Source: a virus
Taxonomy: Duplodnaviria > Caudoviricetes
Direction: 5' to 3' (one strand)
IMG/VR virus record: IMGVR_UViG_3300050336_000035
Span: 64,001-128,000 of that record
DNA length: 64,000 nt
The first letter of the stretch is position 1, and each line of letters begins with the position of its first letter. The notes under the pieces are model-generated. The model made no database searches. It was not told where the DNA came from and saw only the letters and a program-made list of their open reading frames with translations. Below, piece after piece: positions 21,040 through 33,264 of the stretch. A program made the translations under genes and the position numbers.

Positions 21040-22989
21040 ATGCAAACAAAAATTGAAAGAATACAGAATTTAGTAAAAGAGCTTAATACATATAGAAATG
21101 AATACTATAATCTGAATAAACCAAGCATATCTGACTTAGAGTATGACACAAAGTTTGACGAACTTTCTAAGTTAGAGAAGGAACATGATTACATATTATC
21201 AGATAGCCCTACACAGAGCGTAGGATATGAAGTTAAATCAAAACTAAATAAGAGACAACATCCTACTCCATTAAAGTCACTTGACAAAACAAAGTCTATA
21301 GATGAATTAAATAAGTGGAAAAATGGTAAAGATACAATTCTGATGATAAAGGCAGATGGTCTTACAGTTGAATTAGATTATGAGAATGGACAGTTTATAA
21401 ATGGTTACACTAGGGGTAACGGAGAAATAGGAGAAGAAATAGGACACAATTGTAGAGTTTTTAAAAATATTCCTTTAACAATCCCATTCAAAGGAAAACT
21501 GCGTGTCTCAGGAGAAGCTATAATTCATTGGAATGACTTTAATAATATAAATTCTAAACTAACTGATGATGAAAAATATGCCACTCCAAGAAACTTAGTG
21601 AGTGGTTCAGTTAGACAATTAGATAGCAAAATATGTTCTCAGAGAAATGTTTATTTTTATGCTTTTAATATTTTAGAATGTGAAGATATGTTATATGATT
21701 CAAAATTTGAAAGATTTAATGGATTGTATAGATTAGGCTTTACAGTAATACCAACTATAAATTTATGGAATAATTCAATTACTGAAAATAATATAAATGA
21801 ATTAAAGAATCAAGCTAACAAATTAGGAATACCAATAGACGGGTTAGTAGCTAGTTATGACTCAGTTAAATATTCAAATAGTCTTCCTATAACATCACAT
21901 CATCCTTTACACAGTTTGGCGTTCAAATTTTACGATGAAACAGAAGAAACTATATTAAGAGATGTAGAATGGAATACTACAAGAAGTGGTCAGATTAATC
22001 CTACAGCTATATTTGATACAGTAATAATTGATGGTACAGAAGTAAGTAGAGCATCACTACATAATTTATCTATAATAGAAGGTTTACAATTAGATATAGG
22101 AAATCATATTTTAGTATCTAAGAGAAATCTCATAATCCCTCATGTAGAAGATAATCTTGATAGAGATGAGAATATCTTATCTTATCCTTCCGTATGTCCT
22201 TCATGTGGTGGTAAAACTAAAATAAGAAATACTGGAACAGCAGACTTCTTATTTTGTACTAATGATGATTGTTCAGCAAAGTTACTTAATAAGTTTGTAA
22301 ACTTCGTTAAGCGTGATGCAATGAATATTGAAGGATTATCTGAAGCTACACTTGAAAAATTTATAAACAAGGGTTGGCTACAGAAGTTTGATGATATTTA
22401 CTATCTTGATGAACATAAATCTGAAATAGTTAGAATGGAAGGATTTGGTTTAAAATCATATAATAATCTGATAGAGTCGATTGAAAAGTCAAAAAATGTT
22501 AAATTAGAAAACTTTCTTACAGCACTAGGTATTGAAGGTGTAGGACTATCTACAGCAAAGTTGTTAACAAAGAAATTTAAGACTATTGATAATTTACTTG
22601 GTGCAAGTAGAGCCGAATTTATGAACATTGATGGTATTGGTGAAATAACTGCTAATTCAATATATGAATATAGGCTATTACATATTGGAACAATTCAATG
22701 TTTGAGAGATAAAGTTAATATTATTGAAGAAGAAAAGAAGGAAATAATAAGTTCAGACTCACCATTCGCAGGGAAAAAGATTTACGGTACTGGTACATTT
22801 GCTAACTATAAAAAGGAAGAACTTAAAACATTACTTGAGAGTTTAGGTGCTGAATTTGCAAATGGTTATGCAAAGAGTCTTGATTACTTGATAGTAGGTA
22901 GTTTAAAGGGAAGTAGTAAGGAAGATAAGGCAAAGAAAGATGGAATATCAATATTAACTGAGGATAAATTTATTAAAATGTTAAAATAA
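21040..22989 (+). CDS. ligA: NAD-dependent DNA ligase
   Basis: ISD.EYD, SLDK, K.DG adenylation motif, TRGNG..GE, PRN..SGS.RQLD, Zn finger, HhH and BRCT domains. Confidence 0.97.
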   Translation: MQTKIERIQNLVKELNTYRNEYYNLNKPSISDLEYDTKFDELSKLEKEHDYILSDSPTQSVGYEVKSKLNKRQHPTPLKSLDKTKSIDELNKWKNGKDTILMIKADGLTVELDYENGQFINGYTRGNGEIGEEIGHNCRVFKNIPLTIPFKGKLRVSGEAIIHWNDFNNINSKLTDDEKYATPRNLVSGSVRQLDSKICSQRNVYFYAFNILECEDMLYDSKFERFNGLYRLGFTVIPTINLWNNSITENNINELKNQANKLGIPIDGLVASYDSVKYSNSLPITSHHPLHSLAFKFYDETEETILRDVEWNTTRSGQINPTAIFDTVIIDGTEVSRASLHNLSIIEGLQLDIGNHILVSKRNLIIPHVEDNLDRDENILSYPSVCPSCGGKTKIRNTGTADFLFCTNDDCSAKLLNKFVNFVKRDAMNIEGLSEATLEKFINKGWLQKFDDIYYLDEHKSEIVRMEGFGLKSYNNLIESIEKSKNVKLENFLTALGIEGVGLSTAKLLTKKFKTIDNLLGASRAEFMNIDGIGEITANSIYEYRLLHIGTIQCLRDKVNIIEEEKKEIISSDSPFAGKKIYGTGTFANYKKEELKTLLESLGAEFANGYAKSLDYLIVGSLKGSSKEDKAKKDGISILTEDKFIKMLK

Positions 22990-23400
22990 TATAAAGGAGT
23001 GTTTGTAATGAATATTAAAATGAACAGATATGCAATTGTTACAAAAGAAAAGCCTTTTGAATTTGTAATGTCAGATTTACATCAAACAAATGATATTGAA
23101 AAAGCTATGTTAAATGATTCAGAAAAGATTTGCAATGATATTATTAAAAGTTTTTCATGTCCAAACGAATATGAAGTAATGAGAGTTGAAGTTATATATA
23201 AAATATAGAAAGCGAGTGATTATATGAAATATATGAAAATAAAAATGACAATGCCATTTAAGAAACATTGTCGAGAATGTACTGAGTACATAAAAAGAAA
23301 GTATAATACAATTGAAAGAATTATATGCTATAAAGGTACAAAAGAATTCTTTGAAATTGTATTTAAAAATGGTAAAAATAAATTTATCAAGGCTTATACA

Positions 23401-23622
23401 CTATGGCAGTTTGAACAATGTATTTAGTTCATGCTCAAGATTAGCTTTTGTTTCTAAATCAAATGTGTGGTCTATAATCAAAAAAGACGAATCTCCATTA
23501 GATTTAGTTTCAAAACTACAATATAACCCCTTTAGGGTAGGTATTTCTTGTACTTTACTATTTCGCATTTTAGTTTTTAGTTCTTTTTCTGATATGTTAA
23601 ATTTAAATACAGTATCAGGCAT
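23401..23622 (-). CDS. Hypothetical protein (reverse orientation)
   Basis: 73-aa ORF with SD AAAGGA (TCCTTT on + near 23632). Confidence 0.55.
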   Translation of the reverse strand: MPDTVFKFNISEKELKTKMRNSKVQEIPTLKGLYCSFETKSNGDSSFLIIDHTFDLETKANLEHELNTLFKLP

Positions 23623-25976
23623 TTGTCAACATCCTTTCATTTGCTATTTTAAATTTAGAATACCATATATTACATTTTTTAGCAATTAGTCTAATAACAA
23701 AATGCAATGAAGATTAATTTTATAGTATTATAAAAATAAAACATAAAAGGAGATATGTAAAATGGGATTAGATATTACGGCATATAAAAATTTAAAGGCA
23801 GTACAAAATCCAGAAGTTGATGAGGATGGATATCCTGTTAATTGGGAAACAGAGTATAAAGCTGGAGCAAGTATGGATTGGTCAGAATCAGTATGGAAAG
23901 GTCGAGGTGAAGGTTTAGATTCACAGACAGTATATACATATGAAGATGAATATGATTTTAGAGCAGGAAGTTATTTTGGCTATGGTTCATGGAGAGAATC
24001 ACTAAATGAATTTAAGGGTGATACTGCTTTTCAGGAATTGATTGATTTTGCAGATAATGAAGGTGTTATAGGAAGTGTAGTTTCTAAAAAACTATTAAAT
24101 GATTTTGTAACATATAAAAAAGAAGCAGAAGAATTTTCTAAATCGTTAGGAGAAAATAGTGAATGGTGGTTTAATAAATATTGTGATTGGGAAAAGGCTT
24201 TTGAGTTTGCTTCCAACAATGGTTGTGTAGATTTTCATTAAAACCACATAAAAGGTCAGTTCTATGGCAATATTAAAATAAATATTAATGAAGGAGAAAT
24301 AAAATGACACTCAAAGAATTAAATGAAATTTTTACAACTTGTAAAGAAGAATGTGCTGGTACTGGTGTAGGTTGTGTAGCAATACAAGTTCGTATGGATG
24401 GTTTTCCAGAAGATGAAATAATAGTCAATAAGTATGAAAATATAGATACAAAATTAGACTATTATAATAAAACTTATGATGAAAATTGTAATCACAAGTT
24501 TGCAAAAGGTATTCGTATTGTTAATGCAACTTGGACGTATTACTTTGATGAAATTGGTTTGTCTTTGGCAGGAGAATAAACATGACCAAATGTTAGATTC
24601 GTGTAAAGTTATTAAAATAAATTATTTATAAAGGAGATTATTATGGGTATCGGAATAAGTAATGTAAGTAGTTTTCAAATGATAAATACTAAAACTGGAG
24701 AAGTTGTATTATCAGGCAATGTTAATAATTTAAATGTAAAGGAGAATATTAAAATGGAAGAGAAATTAAACAAGTATTTAGTAGAAAATGAAATTAAGGT
24801 TGATGAAAATGGAAATTTTGAAATGTTTGTTGTGGTTGATGCAGATGATAAAGACCATACAGTAGGTACAATATTTAATGGAAAAGAAACAGAAGTATAT
24901 TCTGAAGAGAGAGCATATGAAGATTTGAAAGAAAATAATGTAGGAGGTTATATTTCTTCTAATCCTTTTTTATTTAACATACCAACGTTATTTTCATCAA
25001 AAGTTGAACCAAAAAAGAAAACTACTATCAGAGATGATTTATTAAAACTTGAAGATAAGATGTTTAAAGTATTGGTTAATGTAGAAAATATAACTGATTT
25101 AATAGGAAGAGTCGTATATGTTAATAAATATAAGGTTTTAGAAGAAATAGTTTTAAATTCAACATTAAAGTACAAAGTAAAATCAATTAGTTCGGATAAA
25201 GTTACTGTTTTACTTTACAATAGCTTAACTGAGAAATCAAAAACAATTGAAATTGATTGCAATAGCGAAGTAAATTCTTTAGAAGATGTAAAAGAATTAA
25301 TTAATAAGTATCTTGAGAATGATGAAAAGAAAGTAGCCTTAATTAATTCAATAATTGAAGATGGAGCAGAGCTATAAATTATTTTGACCAAAAGGAGATT
25401 CTATAATATTATGAATAAATTTTTTAAATGGGCAGGATTATTATTTTTTGTTGCAATTGCAACTGAACTGGTATTATACATATTAGGCAAATACACACCT
25501 TCAAATTTTAGTATAGGAACATATATGTTTATTACAGCAATTTCATTTTTAGAGATGTTTATGGAATATAGAAAGAATAACAAATAAGTTTATAATACAA
25601 ATATAAATATAATTTTAATTAAAGAAAAGGAGACTAAATAAAATGGTAAATGTAAGTGATAATTATAAGTTAGTAAACATGGAGATTGATGGTGAAGAAA
25701 GAACAGAAAGACTTGATGAAAAGCCTTGGAATGTAATGGAAGTTGAGTTTGAAGGAAAGACTACAACGATTCAGGAAGGTGATGAAATTAGGTTTGTAGT
25801 AGAAACTGGTGAAATTATTGAAGGAGTTCTCAATAAGATATCTGGTAAAGCTGAAAAGACTAAACTACAGATTAATCCCTTTGGTAAGGAATATGAACAG
25901 ATTTGGTCGGTAGTTTCAATTAAGGAAGGTACATTGAAGGTTATTGAACAGGAAAAGTAAGAGAGGATGATAAAAT

Positions 25977-26228
25977 ATGAAATTAAATGAAACAGCAGAA
26001 ATGATGAATAGTGCAGATTATAAGGAAAGATTTAGAGCAGAATATTTACAGTTAAAAATAAGAATGGAAGGATTAAGTGCTATGCTTAAAAAATATAAAT
26101 CTGGTGAACTTAATTTTACTCCATCTTGTAGTTATGATTTACTAAATGGACAATATAAGGCTATGGATTTGTATGCTTCATACCTTGAAGAACGTGCAGT
26201 TATTGAAAATATTGATTTAGAATTCTAA
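25977..26228 (+). CDS. Conserved phage protein (crAss001_48-like)
   Basis: M.S.DYKERF.AEY.QL.IR...L..Q..AM..Y...LE.RA pattern. Confidence 0.6.
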   Translation: MKLNETAEMMNSADYKERFRAEYLQLKIRMEGLSAMLKKYKSGELNFTPSCSYDLLNGQYKAMDLYASYLEERAVIENIDLEF

Positions 26229-26470
26229 GAAAATAAAATAATAGGAGTACATAATGAAAATGAAAGCAAATATTAAGCGTCCAATAAAACGCTGTCAATC
26301 TCCACCTATAGTATAATTATAAAAATATGTGTGTATTTATACCAATATAATGCCTATTACAAGACTTAAAAATGTATAGACATACAGAATAATGTGATGA
26401 AATGAATATTTTATCGTAAGTTAGTTAAAAACAATATTAAAATAATTTATAATAAGGAGATTACATATTT

Positions 26471-27694
26471 ATGGCTAAAAAGAATGAACCAGTCCAAGTT
26501 AAAAAGGGTATTAGTACATTTAATCTCGTAGGTAAGGCTATTGTGAAAGATTATACTTTTACAATAGATGCTTCATCTAATAATTCTGATTGGGTTTACA
26601 ATAGATTAAATTTACAAGTTGATTGTGGTTCTAATGGAATCATAAATGCAGAATTAATGGGTGGTTATGGTTCTGATAAGAAAAGAGAAAATAAAATTTA
26701 TGTACATGGTAAAAAGAAAAATGAAGAAGGTAAAGATGTAGATGATTATTCAAATCAATTTACTATTGATTGGGATGATAGACTAGACGAAGATATGTTT
26801 GAAGAAATTGGAGATAATTGTTTTCTTACCATAGGTCTTGAAAAAGAGAAGAAAGGTGAAACTTTCTATAAGAAATTTCTTTCAGCATACGATGCAATTG
26901 AATATGTAAAAGAACATCTTGAAGACGGTACAGTAATTAATGTTAAGGGTAGTCTTAATTATAGTGAATATAAGGGTAATACTCAAATTAAAAAGGAAAT
27001 TACTTCAATTGCTCTATCTAAGGTTGCCGATGACAAAGATTTTAAAGCAGTATTCCAACAGACAGTTCTTATTGATAAAGATAGTATTCAGAAATATGAT
27101 TCTGAAAAAAATGCTTTTCCAATAGAATGTTATATTCCTGAATATGTATCAAAGATTCAAACAGAAAATAGTAAGATTGATGTCCCTAAAGAAAAGAGAA
27201 ATATACTTTTCAAAAAGACATTTGATTATGATTGTGGAAATAAAGAATCTGATAGAATACTTACATTTCTTAAAAAGCATTTTTCAGCAAAAAAGGATAA
27301 TGTACATGAAGTTGCTTTTGAGGGTATTATCACCAAGAGTGGTTCATTACAGACTGTAACATTAGAAGATTTACCTGATGATATTCAGGAACTTGTTGAA
27401 ATAGGTGCTTTTACTGAGGAAGAAGCAATTGAGAAGTGTGTTGGAAATGGTAATAAGGTTGAGAATTATATATTCAAAGTACCTAAGATTAAAAAAGTTG
27501 GGGAAGAGAAGACTCCTACCATTGATAAAACAGAAGATAAATATAAATTTGAAGATTTAAGATTTTACTCTGCTTTGGTAAAGGAATTAGTCCCAGATGA
27601 AGATTCTGAAGATGAAGATAGTGAAAATGATAGCGAAGATTCATCAGATGAATTAGATATGGATGCATTGCTTAATGAATTAGACGAAGATTGA
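26471..27694 (+). CDS. Putative single-stranded DNA-binding/replication protein
   Basis: First gene of the replication operon, beta-rich sequence with a very acidic C-terminal tail. Confidence 0.5.
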   Translation: MAKKNEPVQVKKGISTFNLVGKAIVKDYTFTIDASSNNSDWVYNRLNLQVDCGSNGIINAELMGGYGSDKKRENKIYVHGKKKNEEGKDVDDYSNQFTIDWDDRLDEDMFEEIGDNCFLTIGLEKEKKGETFYKKFLSAYDAIEYVKEHLEDGTVINVKGSLNYSEYKGNTQIKKEITSIALSKVADDKDFKAVFQQTVLIDKDSIQKYDSEKNAFPIECYIPEYVSKIQTENSKIDVPKEKRNILFKKTFDYDCGNKESDRILTFLKKHFSAKKDNVHEVAFEGIITKSGSLQTVTLEDLPDDIQELVEIGAFTEEEAIEKCVGNGNKVENYIFKVPKIKKVGEEKTPTIDKTEDKYKFEDLRFYSALVKELVPDEDSEDEDSENDSEDSSDELDMDALLNELDED

Positions 27695-27707
27695 TTTCTT
27701 CGTCTAA
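27680..27707 (+). terminator. Hairpin over the stop codon (terminator or mRNA stabiliser)
   Basis: TTAGACGAAGA-N6-TCTTCGTCTAA. Confidence 0.45.
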
Positions 27708-27749
27708 CCTTCCTATAATAATTAGAATTTAAAATAAAGGAGATTTGAT

Positions 27750-28886
27750 ATGGCTAAATTTGGTAAGAAGAATGTTATTAAAATAGACCCCTTAGCATAT
27801 AATATTTGTTTGTTAGGTGAACCTAAGATTGGAAAAACTACTGTTATTAAAGAGACTTTAGATAAATTAGTTGGAGAAGATGGATATATATTTCTAGAAA
27901 TGGCAGGAGAAGCAGGAGCAGATGCTATCAATGGTATAGTTTATGAAGATGTTGATGACTGGGATGATTTAGAAAGTATTATAGATGACATAGAAACAAA
28001 TAGAAATACAGATTATGCTGGTTTAAAATCTATTGTTGCCGATACATATGACGGATGGATTAAATTAGCTGAAAAAGAAGCTATTCGCTTATGGAATAGA
28101 GACCATCAAGATAAGAAAGCAGATTCTATAGATGCATCGTGGAATGGTTTCCAAAAAGGTCAGGCAAAAGCATTTGAATTAATGTTTGATATTGTTGTAA
28201 GATTAAGAAAAATTGGTATTTCAATGATTATTATTGGTCATGTAAAAAATAGAGATGTTACTGATATAGCAACTGGTACTACATATCAAACATTGACTTC
28301 TGATGTTGAGAAAATATATTTCAATCTTTTGAAGAAGAAAATGCACTTTATAGGTCTTGCATATTATGATAGAACCATTATTACTGAAAAAACAGGTAAG
28401 AAAAATATTGTTACTAAGAAAGAAGAAACAGTAAATAAAATAGCTGAAGAAAGTAGAAAAATTAAATTTAGAGATGACAACATGGCTTTGGATAGTGGTA
28501 GTAGATTTGCAGATATAATAGAAGAAATACCACTCGATGCAGATGCTTTAATTAATGCTCTTAGAGATGCAATAAAAGCAGAGTTTGAAAAAAGAGATAT
28601 TAATAAGTCAATAGATGAAATTCAAAAAGAGCAGGAATTAGCTAAAGAAACAAAAGTTAAGGAAAATATAGAAAAAATTCAAGAAAAGAAGCAACTTGAA
28701 AATGATTCTTCTGAATTTGAAACCTTAAAAGAAAAGATTGGAGAATTTATCAAAGATAATAAATTAGACAATCCTATGATACTTAAACCTGTTTTAAAAG
28801 CAATGACCGCTTATGGCTATAAGAGTGCATCTAAAATTGAAACTCTCGAACATGCGAGAGAAATTGCAGATTTAATTGTTGAGTAA
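27750..28886 (+). CDS. AAA-family ATPase (AAA_24/Sak4-like, SPbeta YorG-like)
   Basis: Walker A GEPKIGKT, Walker B IVADT, IIIGH. Confidence 0.8.
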   Translation: MAKFGKKNVIKIDPLAYNICLLGEPKIGKTTVIKETLDKLVGEDGYIFLEMAGEAGADAINGIVYEDVDDWDDLESIIDDIETNRNTDYAGLKSIVADTYDGWIKLAEKEAIRLWNRDHQDKKADSIDASWNGFQKGQAKAFELMFDIVVRLRKIGISMIIIGHVKNRDVTDIATGTTYQTLTSDVEKIYFNLLKKKMHFIGLAYYDRTIITEKTGKKNIVTKKEETVNKIAEESRKIKFRDDNMALDSGSRFADIIEEIPLDADALINALRDAIKAEFEKRDINKSIDEIQKEQELAKETKVKENIEKIQEKKQLENDSSEFETLKEKIGEFIKDNKLDNPMILKPVLKAMTAYGYKSASKIETLEHAREIADLIVE

Positions 28887-28925
28887 TTATTAAAATAATA
28901 TATGAGTAGGTAATGAAATTAGTAG

Positions 28926-29387
28926 TTGCCTACTCATAATAATATAGGTGATATTATGGCAAAAGATTTAGATTGGGATGAATTATATAATTACGTTAAA
29001 ATAGAAATATTAAATTATACTGATAAAAAAATGCCTAAAGATATGATTTTGCGACTAATTGGCTTAAAAGATGGAAAATTTTTTGCCAACAATAATGTAA
29101 AAATAGAAGCTAAATATGACTACAAACTTATTTTATTAACTTTCAAATTAATGAAAGGAACGATTTTAAATTATTTAAATTCCGTAGAATTTAAAGATGA
29201 AAGACATAAGATAAATTGTATAATGAAAATAATTGAATCTGAAATTAATAATGTTAAAGATAGGATTGAATCTAAAAAAAAGAGTGAAGAAAAATTATTA
29301 GAAACAGATTTTTCTCATCAGGTTCATGAACAATCAAACTATACAAAAAAATCAACACAAACGGGGAAATTAAAAAATTTATGGTAA
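28926..29387 (+). CDS. Hypothetical replication-module protein (likely start 28956)
   Basis: Lies between the ATPase and helicase genes; SD GGTGA before ATG GCA. Confidence 0.65.
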   Translation: MPTHNNIGDIMAKDLDWDELYNYVKIEILNYTDKKMPKDMILRLIGLKDGKFFANNNVKIEAKYDYKLILLTFKLMKGTILNYLNSVEFKDERHKINCIMKIIESEINNVKDRIESKKKSEEKLLETDFSHQVHEQSNYTKKSTQTGKLKNLW

Positions 29388-29391
29388 TGGA

Positions 29392-30912
29392 GTGGATAGT
29401 TTGACAACGGCTAAAACTAGCAAAGAAAAAAAGAAATTAACTCCTTATCAAGAAGAGTTAATAGAGACTATAAAAAAAATAAAAGAATTCAAATTGGCTG
29501 TAGAAGCAAATGTTGTATCAATTTTATGGTCAAATAAAGATTTATATTATACATATTTTAATCTTAAATTATCAGATTTTAGTAGTAATGTTTGGAAGGT
29601 TTTTTGGCAAATTGGATATGATGTGGTTATTAAAGAAAATAAAGTACTAGATGAAATAACAATTAATTTTTATTTAGAAAAACATGCAAAGTTAAAGGAA
29701 AAATATATAGAATATGGTGGATATGAAACTATTGAAAAAGCTAATGAATACATAAATAAAGATAACATTGATGGCTATGTTAAAGAATTATATAAATGGA
29801 ATACCGTTTTAGCGATGGCAAAAGAAGGATTCCCTGTTTCTAATAGATTAAGTGAATTAACTGACATGAGTATAGATGATATATATGATGAATATGAAGC
29901 AAAATTAAATCATTTGTTTATTAATGCTGAAACAGAGATAAAAAGTTATAGCTTATCTGATGGTTTGGATGAATTAATTGAAAAATTAGATGAGGGTATG
30001 GCTGTGGGAATGCCTTATTATAATATGCCATTAGTTAATAAGGATACAGGTGGACAACAACTTGGAAGTATTACTATGTTGGCAGGAGTAAGCAATGTGG
30101 GTAAATCAACAGTTGCAAGAAGTATGACAATTCCAGCATGTATTGATTTTAATGAACCATTAATAATTATGATTAATGAGGAAGGTAAGGAAAAATGGCA
30201 AAGAGAAATGCTTGTATGGACAGCTAATAATATATATAAAGAAGATTTACAAAAATATATTGTTCGAGATGGAAAATTTACACCAGAAGTTAAATCATTA
30301 TTAAAGAAATGTGCTAGTTGGATAAAAGAAAAAGACAAAGATAAAACAATTAGAATTATTCCTTTTCCAAAATATAAAACTTCTACAGCTATTAAAGTAA
30401 TAAATAAATATTCAGCTCTAGGCGTTAAATATTTTATACTAGATACATTTAAAGCTGATTCGGGGAATATTTCAGCACAAACATGGTTAGAAATGCAACA
30501 AAATATGGTTGATATTAATGATGCTGTTAAGCCAGAATCAAAAAATGTACATATTTTTATAACCTTACAATTGCATAAAGGGTCTACTCGACAAAGATAT
30601 TATACACTAGATAATATTGGAGTTTCTAAAAATGTGGTTGACGTTGCATCAACTGTAATCATGGTGAGAGATTTATATGATGATGAATATGAAGGTGAAA
30701 AACACGCATTAAAGGTTTTTAGATTGGATGGTAAAAAAAATGCCACACAAATTCCTGTACATTTAAATGATAAAAAAAAGACTTATCAAATCATATTTAT
30801 TGTTAAAACAAGGGAAGGGGCAGCTAATGCATATCAGATAGTTATTGAACACGATAAGTCAAGAAATATAATTAAAGAAATTGGTGTAACAAATGTTCCA
30901 ATGGATTTTTAA
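29392..30912 (+). CDS. dnaB: DnaB-like replicative helicase
   Basis: Walker A AGVSNVGKST, INEE, ILDTFK, ITLQL and K.REG motifs. Confidence 0.85.
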   Translation: MDSLTTAKTSKEKKKLTPYQEELIETIKKIKEFKLAVEANVVSILWSNKDLYYTYFNLKLSDFSSNVWKVFWQIGYDVVIKENKVLDEITINFYLEKHAKLKEKYIEYGGYETIEKANEYINKDNIDGYVKELYKWNTVLAMAKEGFPVSNRLSELTDMSIDDIYDEYEAKLNHLFINAETEIKSYSLSDGLDELIEKLDEGMAVGMPYYNMPLVNKDTGGQQLGSITMLAGVSNVGKSTVARSMTIPACIDFNEPLIIMINEEGKEKWQREMLVWTANNIYKEDLQKYIVRDGKFTPEVKSLLKKCASWIKEKDKDKTIRIIPFPKYKTSTAIKVINKYSALGVKYFILDTFKADSGNISAQTWLEMQQNMVDINDAVKPESKNVHIFITLQLHKGSTRQRYYTLDNIGVSKNVVDVASTVIMVRDLYDDEYEGEKHALKVFRLDGKKNATQIPVHLNDKKKTYQIIFIVKTREGAANAYQIVIEHDKSRNIIKEIGVTNVPMDF

Positions 30913-30951
30913 ATTATTAATATAATTAATCGAAAGGATGTGTGAAGGTGA

Positions 30952-32046
30952 GTGCTTGCTGATGAATTATTAGAATATATATATCAAAACGATAAAGTAG
31001 TTTTTATTTTAGAATTAGTTGGATGTCATCATATATCTTCTCACTCTTTAAAAGAATATAGATGTGGATTGCCAAATCATAGTAATAAAACAACTGTGGC
31101 TATAAAAAAATCAGAAACACTAAAAACAAAAATATATTCTGAAGAAGAAATAATTCGAGGGAACTTATTTACATTGATAATGTATATTAATAAATGCAAT
31201 TTTTCAGAAGCAAGCAAGTTTCTTCATAGTCATTTAAATTTAGAATATACAAAATATAATAAACAAGAAATAGCAAAAAAAGAAAATCCACTAGATATAT
31301 TTTTAAAGGTTAAACCAAAGAAAAAGTATACAGTAGATGTACAAGATATTAAATTTATTGACCAAGAATTTATATCTGATTATACACCTAATTTACATAT
31401 ATCATGGATTAAAGAAGGTATTATAAAAAGAACTGCAAGAAGATTTAATATTGGTTATGATTATAACTCTAAAAGAATAATCATACCTCATAGATATTGG
31501 TGTGGAGAAGAAAATGAATATATTGGTATAATAGGCAGAACTACATTAACTTCTCAGCAATGCGAAATTCTTGATATACCTAAATATTACCCTTTAAAGG
31601 CTTATCCTAAAAGTATTAATTTATATGGTTTAAATGAAAATTATAAATCAATTCAAGAAAAAGGTTATACAGTTGTATTTGAAGCTGAAAAATCAACACT
31701 TAAACGTCATAGTAGATTAGATGAAACTGGTGTTTCAATTTGTTCTCATGATTTAAGTGATGAACAAGTAAAAATATTAATTAGTTTAGATGTAGAAATA
31801 ATTATAGCTTATGACCAAGATGTTTCATTATATCACATAAGAAGTCAATGTGAAAAGTTTTATGGTATTAGACAAGTTTCATATTTATATGACAAGTGGG
31901 ATTTGCTTGAAGAGAAAGAGTCTCCAGCAGATAAACCCAATAAAATTTATAATTTTTTACTTAAACACAAAGTCGAATATAATAACAAAGAACATGAACT
32001 ATATATAAAAGAAAAAGAAGAGAGGGAGAAATCAAAATATGTCTGA
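30952..32046 (+). CDS. DNA primase (TOPRIM)
   Basis: RIIIP...GIIGR, KY, LYGL, VFEAEKS, IAYDQD; follows the helicase. Confidence 0.85.
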   Translation: MLADELLEYIYQNDKVVFILELVGCHHISSHSLKEYRCGLPNHSNKTTVAIKKSETLKTKIYSEEEIIRGNLFTLIMYINKCNFSEASKFLHSHLNLEYTKYNKQEIAKKENPLDIFLKVKPKKKYTVDVQDIKFIDQEFISDYTPNLHISWIKEGIIKRTARRFNIGYDYNSKRIIIPHRYWCGEENEYIGIIGRTTLTSQQCEILDIPKYYPLKAYPKSINLYGLNENYKSIQEKGYTVVFEAEKSTLKRHSRLDETGVSICSHDLSDEQVKILISLDVEIIIAYDQDVSLYHIRSQCEKFYGIRQVSYLYDKWDLLEEKESPADKPNKIYNFLLKHKVEYNNKEHELYIKEKEEREKSKYV

Positions 32047-33241
32047 AAGATTAAGTTATGAACAGCTTGAACAAATTAAAAAAGATTTAAATGTTTTTGA
32101 TATATATTCTTTTAGCAAAGTGAATTCATTTAAAACAGACCCATATGGTTATTTTTTGAAATATATACTAAAAGTACCCGAAGATAGAAATGATAGTATA
32201 TATTCAGTTGTAGGTAATATTGTACATGATTTAACAGAAAAATTTCAAGCAGATGAAATTACCAGAGAAGAAATGCTAGAAACTTACATAGATAAAACTT
32301 TTGAATTAGAACAATTGGGATTTAAGTTTGATAGAACTGATGAAGAAAAAAATGATAACATATCAAAAAAATATCACGCATGTAATATCCACTTCTTAAA
32401 AAATTATAAGAAAATTGAAGGTTTGGATGGTGTATCAGAAAGTTATATAGTCGTAAGAATAGGAAATTTTGTATTTGTTGGATATATAGATTATAAACAT
32501 CTAGAAATTAATGATAATCAAAAGTATCTTTATATAACAGATTTTAAAACAAGTACAATATATAAAGGGGATAAAGTTGATAAAGAAAAAATGCAGTTAT
32601 TATTATATTCTTTAGGATATATACAACAAGATTGGGATATTAAAAATATAAAAGCTAGATGGTGTTTTACTAAATATGTGAATGTTGATGTAATGCAAAA
32701 AAAGAAAGTTGATGGTAAATATACTTGGAAATCCAGACAAATTGAAAGAAGTGAATTAGGAAGTAAATTAAGTGCATCAGCACAAATGTGGTTAAAAGAC
32801 ACCAAGAGATATTCAGAAGAACAAATAAATGACTTTCTAGTTGATATGTTGGTTACAAATTCAATAGATAAATTACCTGAAGATATTCAAAATAAATTTA
32901 TAATTTCAGACTGCTATGTTTATATAGACATATCTCAAAATGAAATAGAAGAATTAACCCAAGATTTTATTAAAACAATTCATGATATGAAAATAAAAGA
33001 GGGAGAATACTTACGTTCAAAAAATGAAAAAGTATTTTGGACTGACATAACAAAAGAAAATGAATATTTTTTATCTGTATTGTCAGGATATTCAACCAAA
33101 TTACATAAACCATATGCAGAATATTTGAAACAAAAAGAATTAGATAATCAAGGGTTTAATGTTAGTAATAAACCTAAAATTAACAATTTAGATAATGATG
33201 ATGTTGACATATTAGCATTATTACAACAACTTGAAGATTAA
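32039..33241 (+). CDS. PD-(D/E)xK nuclease (RecB/AddB-like)
   Basis: YSFSK, G..VH, GYID...ITDFKTS, QL.LY motifs. Confidence 0.85.
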   Translation: MSERLSYEQLEQIKKDLNVFDIYSFSKVNSFKTDPYGYFLKYILKVPEDRNDSIYSVVGNIVHDLTEKFQADEITREEMLETYIDKTFELEQLGFKFDRTDEEKNDNISKKYHACNIHFLKNYKKIEGLDGVSESYIVVRIGNFVFVGYIDYKHLEINDNQKYLYITDFKTSTIYKGDKVDKEKMQLLLYSLGYIQQDWDIKNIKARWCFTKYVNVDVMQKKKVDGKYTWKSRQIERSELGSKLSASAQMWLKDTKRYSEEQINDFLVDMLVTNSIDKLPEDIQNKFIISDCYVYIDISQNEIEELTQDFIKTIHDMKIKEGEYLRSKNEKVFWTDITKENEYFLSVLSGYSTKLHKPYAEYLKQKELDNQGFNVSNKPKINNLDNDDVDILALLQQLED

Positions 33242-33264
33242 TAATATAATATTAAGGAGACTAA